This document shows, in pieces, positions 7,632-16,236 of a DNA stretch of 50,884 nt. Within the stretch, counting starts at the first letter, position 1. Every line of letters begins with the position of its first letter. Source of the stretch: an uncultured Clostridia bacterium. Its GTDB lineage: Bacteria > Bacillota > Clostridia > TANB77 > CAG-508. Both the position numbers and the translations under genes were made by a program. Where the stretch lies: the NCBI GenBank assembly GCA_934162625.1, contig CAKPJM010000001.1, positions 1-50,884 on the forward strand. Reading direction: 5' to 3'. The notes beneath the pieces were generated by a model, which was not told the origin of the DNA, did no database searches, and worked only from the letters and a program-made list of their open reading frames with translations.

Positions 7632-9062
7632 TTATAAATTCCTTGCCATTTGGATTCCTGAACATGATGCCATCATTAAACCTCTTGTCATTCCTCCTCC
7701 ATCTCCTATTGAGTATAATCCTTTTATATTTGTTTCAAATTGTTCATTTATTATTACTTTATTGCTATAAAATTTTATTTCTGGTGCATATAAAAGATTA
7801 TCTGGATTTGCAAATCCCTCTACAACTTTGTCTATTGTTCTTATAAATTCTAGTATACTTACCATTGTTCTATAACCTAATGCAAATGTAATATCACCTG
7901 CTACTGCTGACTTTAATGTTGGTTCTACTGAATTTCTTTCTAACTCATAATCCCAAGTTCTTTTTCCTCTATGTATGTCTCCTAGTCTTTGAACTACTAT
8001 ATTTCCTGCACCTAGGTCATTTAAGTTTTGAGCAACATTACGTCCATATCCAATTGGTTTATCAAAAGGGTGTGTAAAGTGATGTGATACAAGTATTGCT
8101 AAATTTGTATTTGTACTTTTTCTTTCTTTATATGAATGTCCATTTACTAATGTTAAATTGTTATCATAAACTTCTGCTGATACAAATCCACTTGGATTTT
8201 GGCAAAAAGTTCTTACTTTATCTCTAAATGGTCCTACTCTTCCAACAAACTTTGCTTCATACATATATTTATTTACATCTTTCATAACTTCGTCTGGAAG
8301 CTCGTATCTAACACCAATATCTACTATTCCTGTATCTGTTTTTATACCATGTTTATTGCACATATCTACTAGCCAATTTGCTCCTTTTCTTCCAACAGCT
8401 AGTACAACTTTATCTGCATATACACTCTCTAATGGATATTCTTCATCTTCTATATATTTTGCTTCTTTAATTTTAACACCTTTTATCTCGCCATTTTCTA
8501 CAATTAGATCTCCAACAGTTGTTCCGAAAAGCATCTCTATTCCATTGTCTTCTATATATTTTTCTAATCTTCCATACACTTCATGGCTCTTCTCTGTTCC
8601 TAAATGTCTTATTGGAATGTTTATTAATCTTACTCCATCTTTTTCTGCTCTTTCAGATATTTTAGCTATTTCTTCTTGATATTCTGTTCCTTCTAGTTTT
8701 TTATCTGCTCCAAAGTCTAAGTAAATTTTATCTGTATAGTCTATTAACTCTTTTGTTTTTGGAACACCAATATATTTATGCAAATTTCCTCCGACATGAA
8801 GATCATCATCTTTACTATCATATAACGATAATTTACCATCAGAAAAAGCTCCTGCTCCTGAAAATCCATTTGTTATATTACACATTGGTTTACAATGTAT
8901 ACATTTTTTTGTTTTTTCTATTGGACAACATCTTTCTTCTACTCTTTTTCCTTGGTCTATTAATAGTACATGTTTATATTTTTTTAGTTGTATTAGTTCA
9001 TAGGCACAAAAAATTGAGCTAGGTCCCATTCCTACTACTATTACATCATATTTACTTTGCAT
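7632..9062 (-). CDS. NAD(P)/FAD-dependent oxidoreductase (uncharacterised FAD-dependent dehydrogenase family)
   Basis: Dinucleotide-binding fold YDVIVVGMGPSS at the N-terminus and GDGGG near the C-terminus. ATG at 9062 has a GGAG RBS. Confidence 0.7.
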   Translation of the reverse strand: MQSKYDVIVVGMGPSSIFCAYELIQLKKYKHVLLIDQGKRVEERCCPIEKTKKCIHCKPMCNITNGFSGAGAFSDGKLSLYDSKDDDLHVGGNLHKYIGVPKTKELIDYTDKIYLDFGADKKLEGTEYQEEIAKISERAEKDGVRLINIPIRHLGTEKSHEVYGRLEKYIEDNGIEMLFGTTVGDLIVENGEIKGVKIKEAKYIEDEEYPLESVYADKVVLAVGRKGANWLVDMCNKHGIKTDTGIVDIGVRYELPDEVMKDVNKYMYEAKFVGRVGPFRDKVRTFCQNPSGFVSAEVYDNNLTLVNGHSYKERKSTNTNLAILVSHHFTHPFDKPIGYGRNVAQNLNDLGAGNIVVQRLGDIHRGKRTWDYELERNSVEPTLKSAVAGDITFALGYRTMVSILEFIRTIDKVVEGFANPDNLLYAPEIKFYSNKVIINEQFETNIKGLYSIGDGGGMTRGLMMASCSGIQMARNL

Positions 9063-9216
9063 ATAAATCACTCCATTTACTTATTTTACTATATTATAAT
9101 AGCATAAATTTGTTGAATTTTCAATTGATTTATTTCATTAAATTTTTATACAAATTACATATTTTTATTTTTTTAGGAAAAACTGTAATTAATTCATAAT
9201 TTTGAATGGAGTTCTT

Positions 9217-10927
9217 ATGCAAAATTTAAAAAGTTTATTAAATAAAATATTTTTTTATAAAGAGCCTATAGATACTTATGAATTTTCGCTTCCTGAAAGT
9301 CCTGCTGAAGATAATCCTAATAAAGATTTAGAAAATCCCTCTTTAACTTCTGAATCTCAAAGCCAAAGTATCTATAACAGTCTAGCCGTAAATATTGATT
9401 ATATAAAAGCAAAATATAATACTCTTATTAATAGTGATATTGTTCTTAGAAATTTCAAGCTTAATTTAAGAGGAAAAGAATATAGTGCTTTACTTTTGTT
9501 TATAGATGGAATGATTGATTCTGAGAGTATAAACAATTTTATATTAAGGCCCCTTATGTCAAAGCATAATGATGATTTACAAAAGGCTACTTCTTCTGTT
9601 ATTACAAACAATATTACTGTACGCAAAGTAAAAAAATTCAATTTAGAAGACTATATTTACAATACTTTAGTTCCTCAAAACACTATGCAAAAGGCAAAAA
9701 CTTTTGAAGAAGCTTTTAATAGTGTTAATATGGGAGATTGCGCTTTATTTATAGATACCTTGCCTATTGCCTTTACTATAGATGTAAAAGGTTTTGATGC
9801 TAGGAGTGTTTCTGAACCTAAAAACGAAGTTGTTGTAAGAGGTTCACAAGAATCATTCGTGGAAAAATTAAGAACTAATACATCTATGCTTAGAAGACTT
9901 ATAAATAATGAAAATTTAACTATTGAAAATGCAACTGTTGGTAAAGTTAGTAAAACTAAAATTGCTATATGCTATATGAAAAATATTACAAACAATGATC
10001 TTGTTGCTGAAGTAAAATATAGAATAAACAATTTAGATGTAGATAACATTATATCTTCTGGGCAATTAGAACAATTAATTCAAGATAATAGTTCTTGCCT
10101 ATTTCCTCAAATAATTGCAACAGAAAGGCCTGATAAAGCTGCAAATCACCTATTAGAAGGAAGGGTTGTAGTTATTGTAAATGGCACTCCCTACTCTCTT
10201 ATAATGCCCGGTGTGTTTATAGACTTTTTATCTTCTCCTGAAGATATGAATTTAAAGTACCAATATTCGAACCTTTTAAAAATTGTTAGAATTATTGCTT
10301 TTGTTATAACATTATTTTTACCTGGTTTTTATGTTGCATTAACTAATTATCACACTGAGTTAATTCCAACAGAATTGTTATTTACAATTGCCGCTTCTAG
10401 AAGCACTGTTCCCTTTCCCGTAATATTTGAAGTTTTACTAATGGAGATATCTTTTGAATTAATAAGAGAAGCAGGCCTTAGGGTTCCTTCTCCAATAGGC
10501 CCAACAATTGGTATTGTTGGAACTTTAATCTTGCGGAGAAGCTGCTGTTAACGCAAATCTTGTTAGCCCAATTCTAATTATAATTGTTGCAATTACTGCT
10601 ATATGCTCTTTTGCAATTCCAGATTTTTCTCTTAGTTTTGCTTTAAGAATACTTAGATTTTTGTATATTTTATTAGGATATATGGCTGGATTTTTAGGTA
10701 TTGCAATCGGTTTATTTGCTCAATCTGTAATACTTGCAAACCGTAAATCATTTGGGGTTTCTTATTTGGCACCATATTTGCCTGTTACAAACTCAAAATC
10801 GGATTCTTCTTACTTTCTTTCTCCTATGTGGAGAAGAGAAAGAAAAGCTGATTTCTTAAATACAAAAAGACCTAAATCTCAAGAAAAAATAAGTATGAAA
10901 TGGAAATTTTGGAAAGGAAATTATTAA
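9217..10927 (+). CDS. Spore germination protein, GerA-family A subunit; needs one +1 shift at in-frame CGG (10534-10536)
   Basis: VVRGSQESFVEKLRTNTSMLRR and membrane C-terminus typical of GerAA/KA. 0 frame ends RRSCC-stop. +1 continues [42 protein letters not shown] into ORF 10661-10927. Length 1711 nt = 3n+1. Confidence 0.85.
10534..10536 (+). other. In-frame CGG at +1 frame break (gerA A subunit)
   Basis: 0 frame reads ATC TTG CGG AGA AGC TGC TGT TAA. ATC TTG c GGA GAA GCT GCT GTT restores LIL-G-EAAV. Confidence 0.8.
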
Positions 10928-10930
10928 ACT

Positions 10931-12025
10931 ATGAGTTCATTGCAAAAAATTAATAAATTAGAAGCTATTTCTTTAATAGTAATGGTAACAATTAATGTAA
11001 TAATTTTTAATTTGCCAAATCACATTATTACTGATACAGGTTCTTCGACTTGGCTTAATATAATTTTTATTAGTATTATTGCTATTTTATTTTGTTTACT
11101 AATATACAAATTGTTTAAACCTTTTCCTACTCAAGATTTAATTGATGTTTCTGAATTTTTAGGGAATAAGTTTTTAAAGGCATTTACTAGTATTTTATAC
11201 TTATTATTCTTTTTATTTGTTGCTGGGATTTTTTTAGCATATTTTATAGATTGCTTAAGGTTAATATATTTTGATAGAACACCTATTGTATTTTTGCTTT
11301 TATTATTTTTAATTCCTGTTGTGTATTCTGCTAAAGCTGGAATTAAGCCTATTGCTAGTATTAATCTAGTTATTACTCCTATTATTTTACTTAGTATGCT
11401 AATAATTTTCTTCGTAACTTCAAAGGATTTTGTTCCTGAAAGGATATTTCCTATTTTTGGCTTTGGAATAAATCAAACTTTTTTTAAAGGTTTAACTAAT
11501 ATTTTTACATTTTCATGTTTTGCATACCTATATTTTTTGATACCAATTCTTGAGAGTCCTGAAGAATTCAAGAAAATAGCAATAATCTCTACAATAATAT
11601 CATCCATATATCTTTTTTTTAGTGTTATATGCCTTATTATGATGTTCCCTTTTATTTCATTTTCTGATGGAATGCTTTCTGTGTATCTACTTACAAGAAT
11701 GATTGAATTTGGAAGGTTTTTGCAAAGGGTTGATGCTATATTTATTTTTATATGGATACTGTCTACTCTTTCTTTTTTAAGTATCACTATATGCTTAATA
11801 AATAGGATATTGAAAAAACTAGTTGATTTGAAAAATCATAGAGAAATGACTTATAGCATTTGTTTTATAGTTTTTAGCATTGCTCTTGTTTTTAGAAATA
11901 TAACAGACTTAAAAATTGTACAAAATATTATTCTTAAGTATATTGTTATCGCATTAGTATTTGTTATTAGCTTAATTATTCTTATTCTCGCAAATATTAA
12001 ACAGAAAAAGGAGAAAGCCTCATGA
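10931..12025 (+). CDS. Spore germination protein, GerA-family B subunit (permease-like)
   Basis: 364-aa polytopic membrane protein between the A and C subunits. About 10 hydrophobic segments. Overlaps the next gene by 4 nt. Confidence 0.8.
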   Translation: MSSLQKINKLEAISLIVMVTINVIIFNLPNHIITDTGSSTWLNIIFISIIAILFCLLIYKLFKPFPTQDLIDVSEFLGNKFLKAFTSILYLLFFLFVAGIFLAYFIDCLRLIYFDRTPIVFLLLLFLIPVVYSAKAGIKPIASINLVITPIILLSMLIIFFVTSKDFVPERIFPIFGFGINQTFFKGLTNIFTFSCFAYLYFLIPILESPEEFKKIAIISTIISSIYLFFSVICLIMMFPFISFSDGMLSVYLLTRMIEFGRFLQRVDAIFIFIWILSTLSFLSITICLINRILKKLVDLKNHREMTYSICFIVFSIALVFRNITDLKIVQNIILKYIVIALVFVISLIILILANIKQKKEKAS

Positions 12026-13249
12026 TAAAAAAAACAATTGCTGTTCTGATAGTTCTAATACTTTGTTTATTAACACTTTCTGGCTGCTATAACGCTGAAG
12101 GTCTAGAAACTTTGGCATATGCAGTTGCTATGGGCATTGACAAAGGAGAAAATAATGAAATAAAAATAAGCCTTCAATTTGCGCTTCCAAATAACTCTGA
12201 AAGTGGTGGCGGTAGCAGTCAATCTCAAAAGTCTACTATAACTGCTGTAGAATGTGCAACAATTGATTCTGGAATTGCATTAATAAATAGTTATATAAGC
12301 AAAAAAGTTAATCTTTCTCATTGTAAAGCAATAATTATTTCTGAAGAACTTGCATATGAAGGCATTTCCGAATATATATACACTAGCGTTAATAATTTAG
12401 AAGTTAGACCTGATTGTAATATTATAATTAGTAGATGTAATGCTTATGATTATTTAAGTGATTCTGAACCCACCCTAGAAACTGTTTCTGCTAGGTATTA
12501 TGAATTTATTTTAAACTCAAGCGAGTATACTCGGTTACACCCAAAATATTCACCTCTCTGATTTTTACTCAGATATGCTAAGTACAACCTCTCAGGCTTA
12601 TGCCATATTAGGTGGAATAAATTATAAGTCTACCCATAATTCACATTCAGATTCACCTAATTATGATATAGAAGGTTCTTATAAAGCCTCTGAAACCCCT
12701 ATAGAAACTGAAACTGGTGTTGAAAATATGGGGATTGCAGTTTTTAAAAATGATAGATTAGTTGGTGAGTTAGATGGTATGGAAGCTTTATGTCACTTAA
12801 TTGTTGTAAATAATTTTGAAAGTGCCACAATTTCTGTTCCAAATCCTTACAACAAAAATTCATCATTAAGCCTTTATATAAGCTCTAGTAAGTCGCCCGA
12901 AATAGATGTTAAGCTTATTAATGGAACTCCCTATATTAAATGTAACTTCGATATTTCTGGTTATATATTATCATTAGATGAAAATATGAATTACTCTGAT
13001 GAGAATACAATGAAAGTTATAGATGAATGTGTAAATTTGTTTTTAGAACAAAATATAGCTTCTTATTTATATAAAACTTCAAAAGAATATAAAACAGATA
13101 TTGGAAATTTTGGTAGGTATGTTATTGGAAATTATACTACTTGGAATGATTGGATAGAATCAGACTGGCTATTTAATTATCAGAATGCTTTTTTTGATGT
13201 AAATGTTGAAACAAATATAGAAAATGGCCAATTGTACACAAGAATATAA
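12022..13249 (+). CDS. Spore germination lipoprotein, Ger(x)C family; needs one +1 shift at in-frame CGG (12532-12534)
   Basis: Lipobox LTLSGC; LAYAVAMGIDKG motif. 0 frame ends at 12561. +1 continues GYTQNIHLSDFYSDMLSTTSQAYAILGG into ORF 12575-13249. Length 1228 nt = 3n+1. Confidence 0.8.
12532..12534 (+). other. In-frame CGG at +1 frame break (gerA C subunit)
   Basis: 0 frame reads GAG TAT ACT CGG TTA CAC. GAG TAT ACT c GGT TAC ACC restores SEYT-G-YTQ. Confidence 0.75.
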
Positions 13250-13265
13250 TATTATGGAGGATTTT

Positions 13266-13433
13266 ATGCAGATTTTAGTTATTATATTAACAATTATAGT
13301 ATTTACAAAAACTCTAAGCTATGGTATTTATGAATTAAATACTAATAACAAATTAGGAGGAATTACAGTAATCGCCTTTGCTGTAATTTCTCTAATAGTA
13401 CCTAACTTAACAGTATATATAAAAGGAATTTAA
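13266..13433 (+). CDS. Small two-TM membrane protein (55 aa), function unknown
   Basis: GGAGG RBS, then ATG at 13266. MQILVIILTIIVFTKTLSYGIYEL...GGITVIAFAVISLIV. Confidence 0.4.
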   Translation: MQILVIILTIIVFTKTLSYGIYELNTNNKLGGITVIAFAVISLIVPNLTVYIKGI

Positions 13434-13459
13434 CAAAGCGACTTTAGTCGCCCTTTGTT
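13432..13459 (+). repeat. K hairpin repeat, second copy; starts on a stop codon
   Basis: AACAAAGCGACTTTAGTCGCCCTTTGTT. Confidence 0.7.
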
Positions 13460-13508
13460 AAAAGATAACATTATTAATTTTTGCAAGCATTCTACATTAT
13501 TCAAATTT

Positions 13509-13597
13509 AAAAATTCAGGACAGTCCCCTTTTGTTATTCAACAAAAGAGGGACTGTCCCTAGAATTTTTTCAGATACATGGCCTGCCCCTACATTTT
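13509..13597 (+). repeat. Mosaic of GC-rich palindromic repeats (F unit plus H unit)
   Basis: AAAAATTCAGGACAGTCCCCTTTTGTTATTCAACAAAAGAGGGACTGTCCCTAGAATTTTTT, then CAGATACATGGCCTGCCCCTACAT. Related copies at 15421-15527, 43211-43270 and 50659-50720. Confidence 0.8.
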
Positions 13598-13629
13598 AAT
13601 GAAAACGAATAATAAAATTTAATAATCTT

Positions 13630-13745
13630 TGCTCTCGCCAATTTGAGTTTCCGAATGAAATGAGGAAATCTCAAAGTCATTAGCGATTATAGCATTTTTT
13701 TATATACTAGGAAATGAAAAATTTCCTAGTATATAAAAAAAATCG
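13630..13745 (+). repeat. R1 composite intergenic repeat, copy C (full length)
   Basis: CTCGCCAATTTGAGTTTCCG...GGAAATCTCAAAGTCATTAGCGATTATAGCA plus a perfect hairpin TATATACTAGGAAAT-gaaaa-ATTTCCTAGTATATA extended by T/A runs. Confidence 0.85.
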
Positions 13746-13788
13746 ACCTATATGGTCAATTTTTCTATATACTATAATCGCTTTGTTC

Positions 13789-14037
13789 TTACATCATATA
13801 TAATATTCCTAAAGCAATTGTCAATATTACAAATACTATAGCAAGTATTATTGTTAGTCTTTTAAGCATTCCTTCTTTAGTTCTTCCTTTATTTTTCTCA
13901 TAAAAACTTGATGAACTTCCTCCTACTATTGCTCCTGAAGCACCTTCATCATCTTTAGATTGCATTAAACAAATTACTATTAATACTAAACAATTTATTA
14001 CATAAAGTACAGTTACTATTTCTTTTAATATATCCAC
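13789..14037 (-). CDS. secG: Preprotein translocase subunit SecG
   Basis: 82 aa, two TM segments, Gly/Ser-rich central loop (GASGAIVGGSSSSFYEKNKGRT). Confidence 0.8.
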   Translation of the reverse strand: MDILKEIVTVLYVINCLVLIVICLMQSKDDEGASGAIVGGSSSSFYEKNKGRTKEGMLKRLTIILAIVFVILTIALGILYMM

Positions 14038-14160
14038 TTTAAACTACCTCCAAATTAATTTCGACTTATATATTTTAGCATATCAACATACAAATTGCAA
14101 GATTTTTGTTTATATATTTTGTTAATAACATTGTCTAAGCATTAACCATTAATCTAATAT

Positions 14161-14349
14161 CTATATCATATTACAGTATATTAATATACATCCGACAAAA
14201 CTTATTATAAATCCTACTATTTTTAATCCTAATGTAGCTTCATTTTGGTCTCCAAAGCTAAACATTTTTTTAGTTATTGGTCTAGCATCATATATAAGTA
14301 TTACTCCAAACATTGCAAGTATTGTTCCTATTAAAAATATAATTTTCAT
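14161..14349 (-). CDS. Small two-TM membrane protein (62 aa), function unknown
   Basis: MKIIFLIGTILAMFGVILIY...IVGFIISFVGCILIY. AAAGGA RBS before the ATG at 14349. Confidence 0.35.
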   Translation of the reverse strand: MKIIFLIGTILAMFGVILIYDARPITKKMFSFGDQNEATLGLKIVGFIISFVGCILIYCNMI

Positions 14350-14366
14350 TGTTACACATCCTTTTA

Positions 14367-15374
14367 CTAAAAATAGGTACATAATATTGATTCTAATCCT
14401 ACATTTATATCTATTAATCCTATTTTATAATTCTTATCTAACTCTATCAATTCAGTTAATATATTTCTTAATTCATTTGTTTTAAAGTATTCTGCCTGTC
14501 TCTTATATTTAGATACTAAAAAGGTTTGGTTTGGTTTTAATTTTAACGTTTCTAATACATCTTTTCTATATTCTAAAGCAAGCTTTGTTAAATATATTTT
14601 TTTGAAATGATTATATAATGTTATTAATATTTTCTGTACTGGTTCTTTATTATATATCAATTCTTTCAATATTTCTAGAGCTTCCCTTATATTTCTTTTG
14701 CCTAAATTGTCTGTTAAGTCAAATATTACACTATCAAATTCTTTTGTTGCTAATTTTTCTATAGCCTCTTCAGTTATTTTTCCGCCTTTTCCTGCGTATT
14801 CAATAAGTTTTCTGATTTCATTTATTAATACCTGCATATTAGTTCCACATGTTTCTATAAATGTTTGCAAGGTTTTATCATCAATTTCTACTTCATACAT
14901 ATTACAAATATTTTTTATTCTTTTTTTTATTTCTATTGGTTTTAGTTTTTCAAAATTGCATACTTCTCCATTTTTTTCAATTGCTTTTAATAAATCATTT
15001 TTTGTTATATCTTCTTCAATAAATATAAGTACAATTGTTTCTTCTAGTTGTTTTGCATTTTCTTCTATATATTTTGCAATTTTATTTGATAAATCTGATT
15101 TTCCTTTTGGCATTCCTTTTTTATCTTTTTTAAATAGTCCTGCATTTTTTACAATTATTAGTTTTTTGTTATATCCAAATGCTGGTGTTTCTATGTCTGA
15201 TATTAAATTTTCTATATTAGTTTCATTTATTTGTATATAATTAATTCCTAATATTAGCTCTCCAAAACTCGTCTTTATTTTTTTTACTGCACTTTCTAAA
15301 AGATATGTTTCTTCTCCATAAAATAGATATATACTATGTAATTTTTCTTGTTTTAAATCTTTTTTTTCTCCCAT
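14367..15374 (-). CDS. holA: DNA polymerase III subunit delta
   Basis: 335 aa. IYLFYGEETYLL N-terminus and overall HolA-like layout. Usual position near comE/secG-type genes. Confidence 0.8.
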   Translation of the reverse strand: MGEKKDLKQEKLHSIYLFYGEETYLLESAVKKIKTSFGELILGINYIQINETNIENLISDIETPAFGYNKKLIIVKNAGLFKKDKKGMPKGKSDLSNKIAKYIEENAKQLEETIVLIFIEEDITKNDLLKAIEKNGEVCNFEKLKPIEIKKRIKNICNMYEVEIDDKTLQTFIETCGTNMQVLINEIRKLIEYAGKGGKITEEAIEKLATKEFDSVIFDLTDNLGKRNIREALEILKELIYNKEPVQKILITLYNHFKKIYLTKLALEYRKDVLETLKLKPNQTFLVSKYKRQAEYFKTNELRNILTELIELDKNYKIGLIDINVGLESILCTYF

Positions 15375-15420
15375 TTTTAATCCTTTTCTTTGTTATATAA
15401 ATTGGAATTTGTGTGAACGA

Positions 15421-15575
15421 TTCTAGGGACTGTCCCTCTTTTGTTGAATGACAAAAGGGGACTGTCCTGAATCGTAAATGTAATGTGTTTTGCGTTTTCG
15501 GGCAGACACAGGGCCTGCCCCTACATCGTTTGCAACAAATTTATTTTTGGGCGTATGCAATACGCCCCTACGAAT
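15421..15575 (-). repeat. Mosaic of GC-rich palindromic repeats (F, H and I units) in the holA-ruvC spacer
   Basis: CTAGGGACTGTCCCTCTTTTGTTGAATGACAAAAGGGGACTGTCCTGAAT; GGGCAGACACAGGGCCTGCCCCTACAT; GGGCGTATGCAATACGCCCCTAC. Opposite orientation to the 13509-13597 cluster. Confidence 0.8.
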
Positions 15576-15747
15576 CCAACTTCCAACCTCACACATCCAT
15601 TTTACAAATTACTCCAATTTTATGAGACAAATCAAAAGTAGTATATTGTGCATTTTAATGAATGAGTAAACCCGGAGGCGTACGCTGTACGTTGAGGATT
15701 TTACGATTGAATTAAAATGTGCAAGATGCTGCTTTTCATTTGTTTTA

Positions 15748-16233
15748 TTACAATTTTTCTGAAAACCTAGCACTATGTGCATGACATATTGCTGCCGCCA
15801 TGCTATCTGTTGTGTCATCTAACTTTGGTAGTTTTTCTACATTTAGTATTGCTTTTACCATTTTTTGTACTTGTATTTTATCTGCTCTACCATATCCTGC
15901 TACTGCTTGTTTTATTTGAAGTGGAGTATATTCGTATGTTGGTATTTGTTTTTGACATCCCACTACTAATACCACTCCTCTTGCTTGTGCTACATTTATA
16001 GCTGTTTTTACATTGTTATTAAAAAATAATTCTTCTACTGATATTGCATCTGGTTTATACTCATCTATTATCATAGATAAATCATCATATATTTTTGTAA
16101 GTCTTAATGGGAATGAAACTCCTGCTTTTGTTGTAACAGCTCCGCTATCTATTAATTTAAATTTATTCCCTTGATAATCTATTATACTATATCCAGTTAT
16201 TGCAAATCCTGGATCAATTCCTAATATTCGCAT
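15748..16233 (-). CDS. ruvC: Crossover junction endodeoxyribonuclease RuvC
   Basis: 161 aa. MRILGIDPG start, EELFF and catalytic D..AAAICHA motifs. Confidence 0.9.
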   Translation of the reverse strand: MRILGIDPGFAITGYSIIDYQGNKFKLIDSGAVTTKAGVSFPLRLTKIYDDLSMIIDEYKPDAISVEELFFNNNVKTAINVAQARGVVLVVGCQKQIPTYEYTPLQIKQAVAGYGRADKIQVQKMVKAILNVEKLPKLDDTTDSMAAAICHAHSARFSEKL

Positions 16234-16236
16234 TTT

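Noticed and set aside
9202-9216. Extended N-termini from the ORF track that begin at non-ATG or upstream codons (9202, 7665, 9071, 21095, 25243, 28375, 36473, 41631, 14382).
   Set aside because: In each case a downstream ATG has a better-placed Shine-Dalgarno sequence and matches the usual family N-terminus. The longer forms overlap neighbouring genes or lack an RBS.
13432-15580. Repeated hairpin elements as a CRISPR array.
   Set aside because: The units belong to different families and have irregular spacing and mixed orientation. Most are themselves long palindromes, there is no repeat-spacer periodicity, and no cas genes are present.
15609-15818. A 69-aa ORF spanning the ruvC 3' end and the repeat-filled spacer.
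   Set aside because: It overlaps ruvC, has no RBS and its composition is not protein-like. The region is better explained by repeats.
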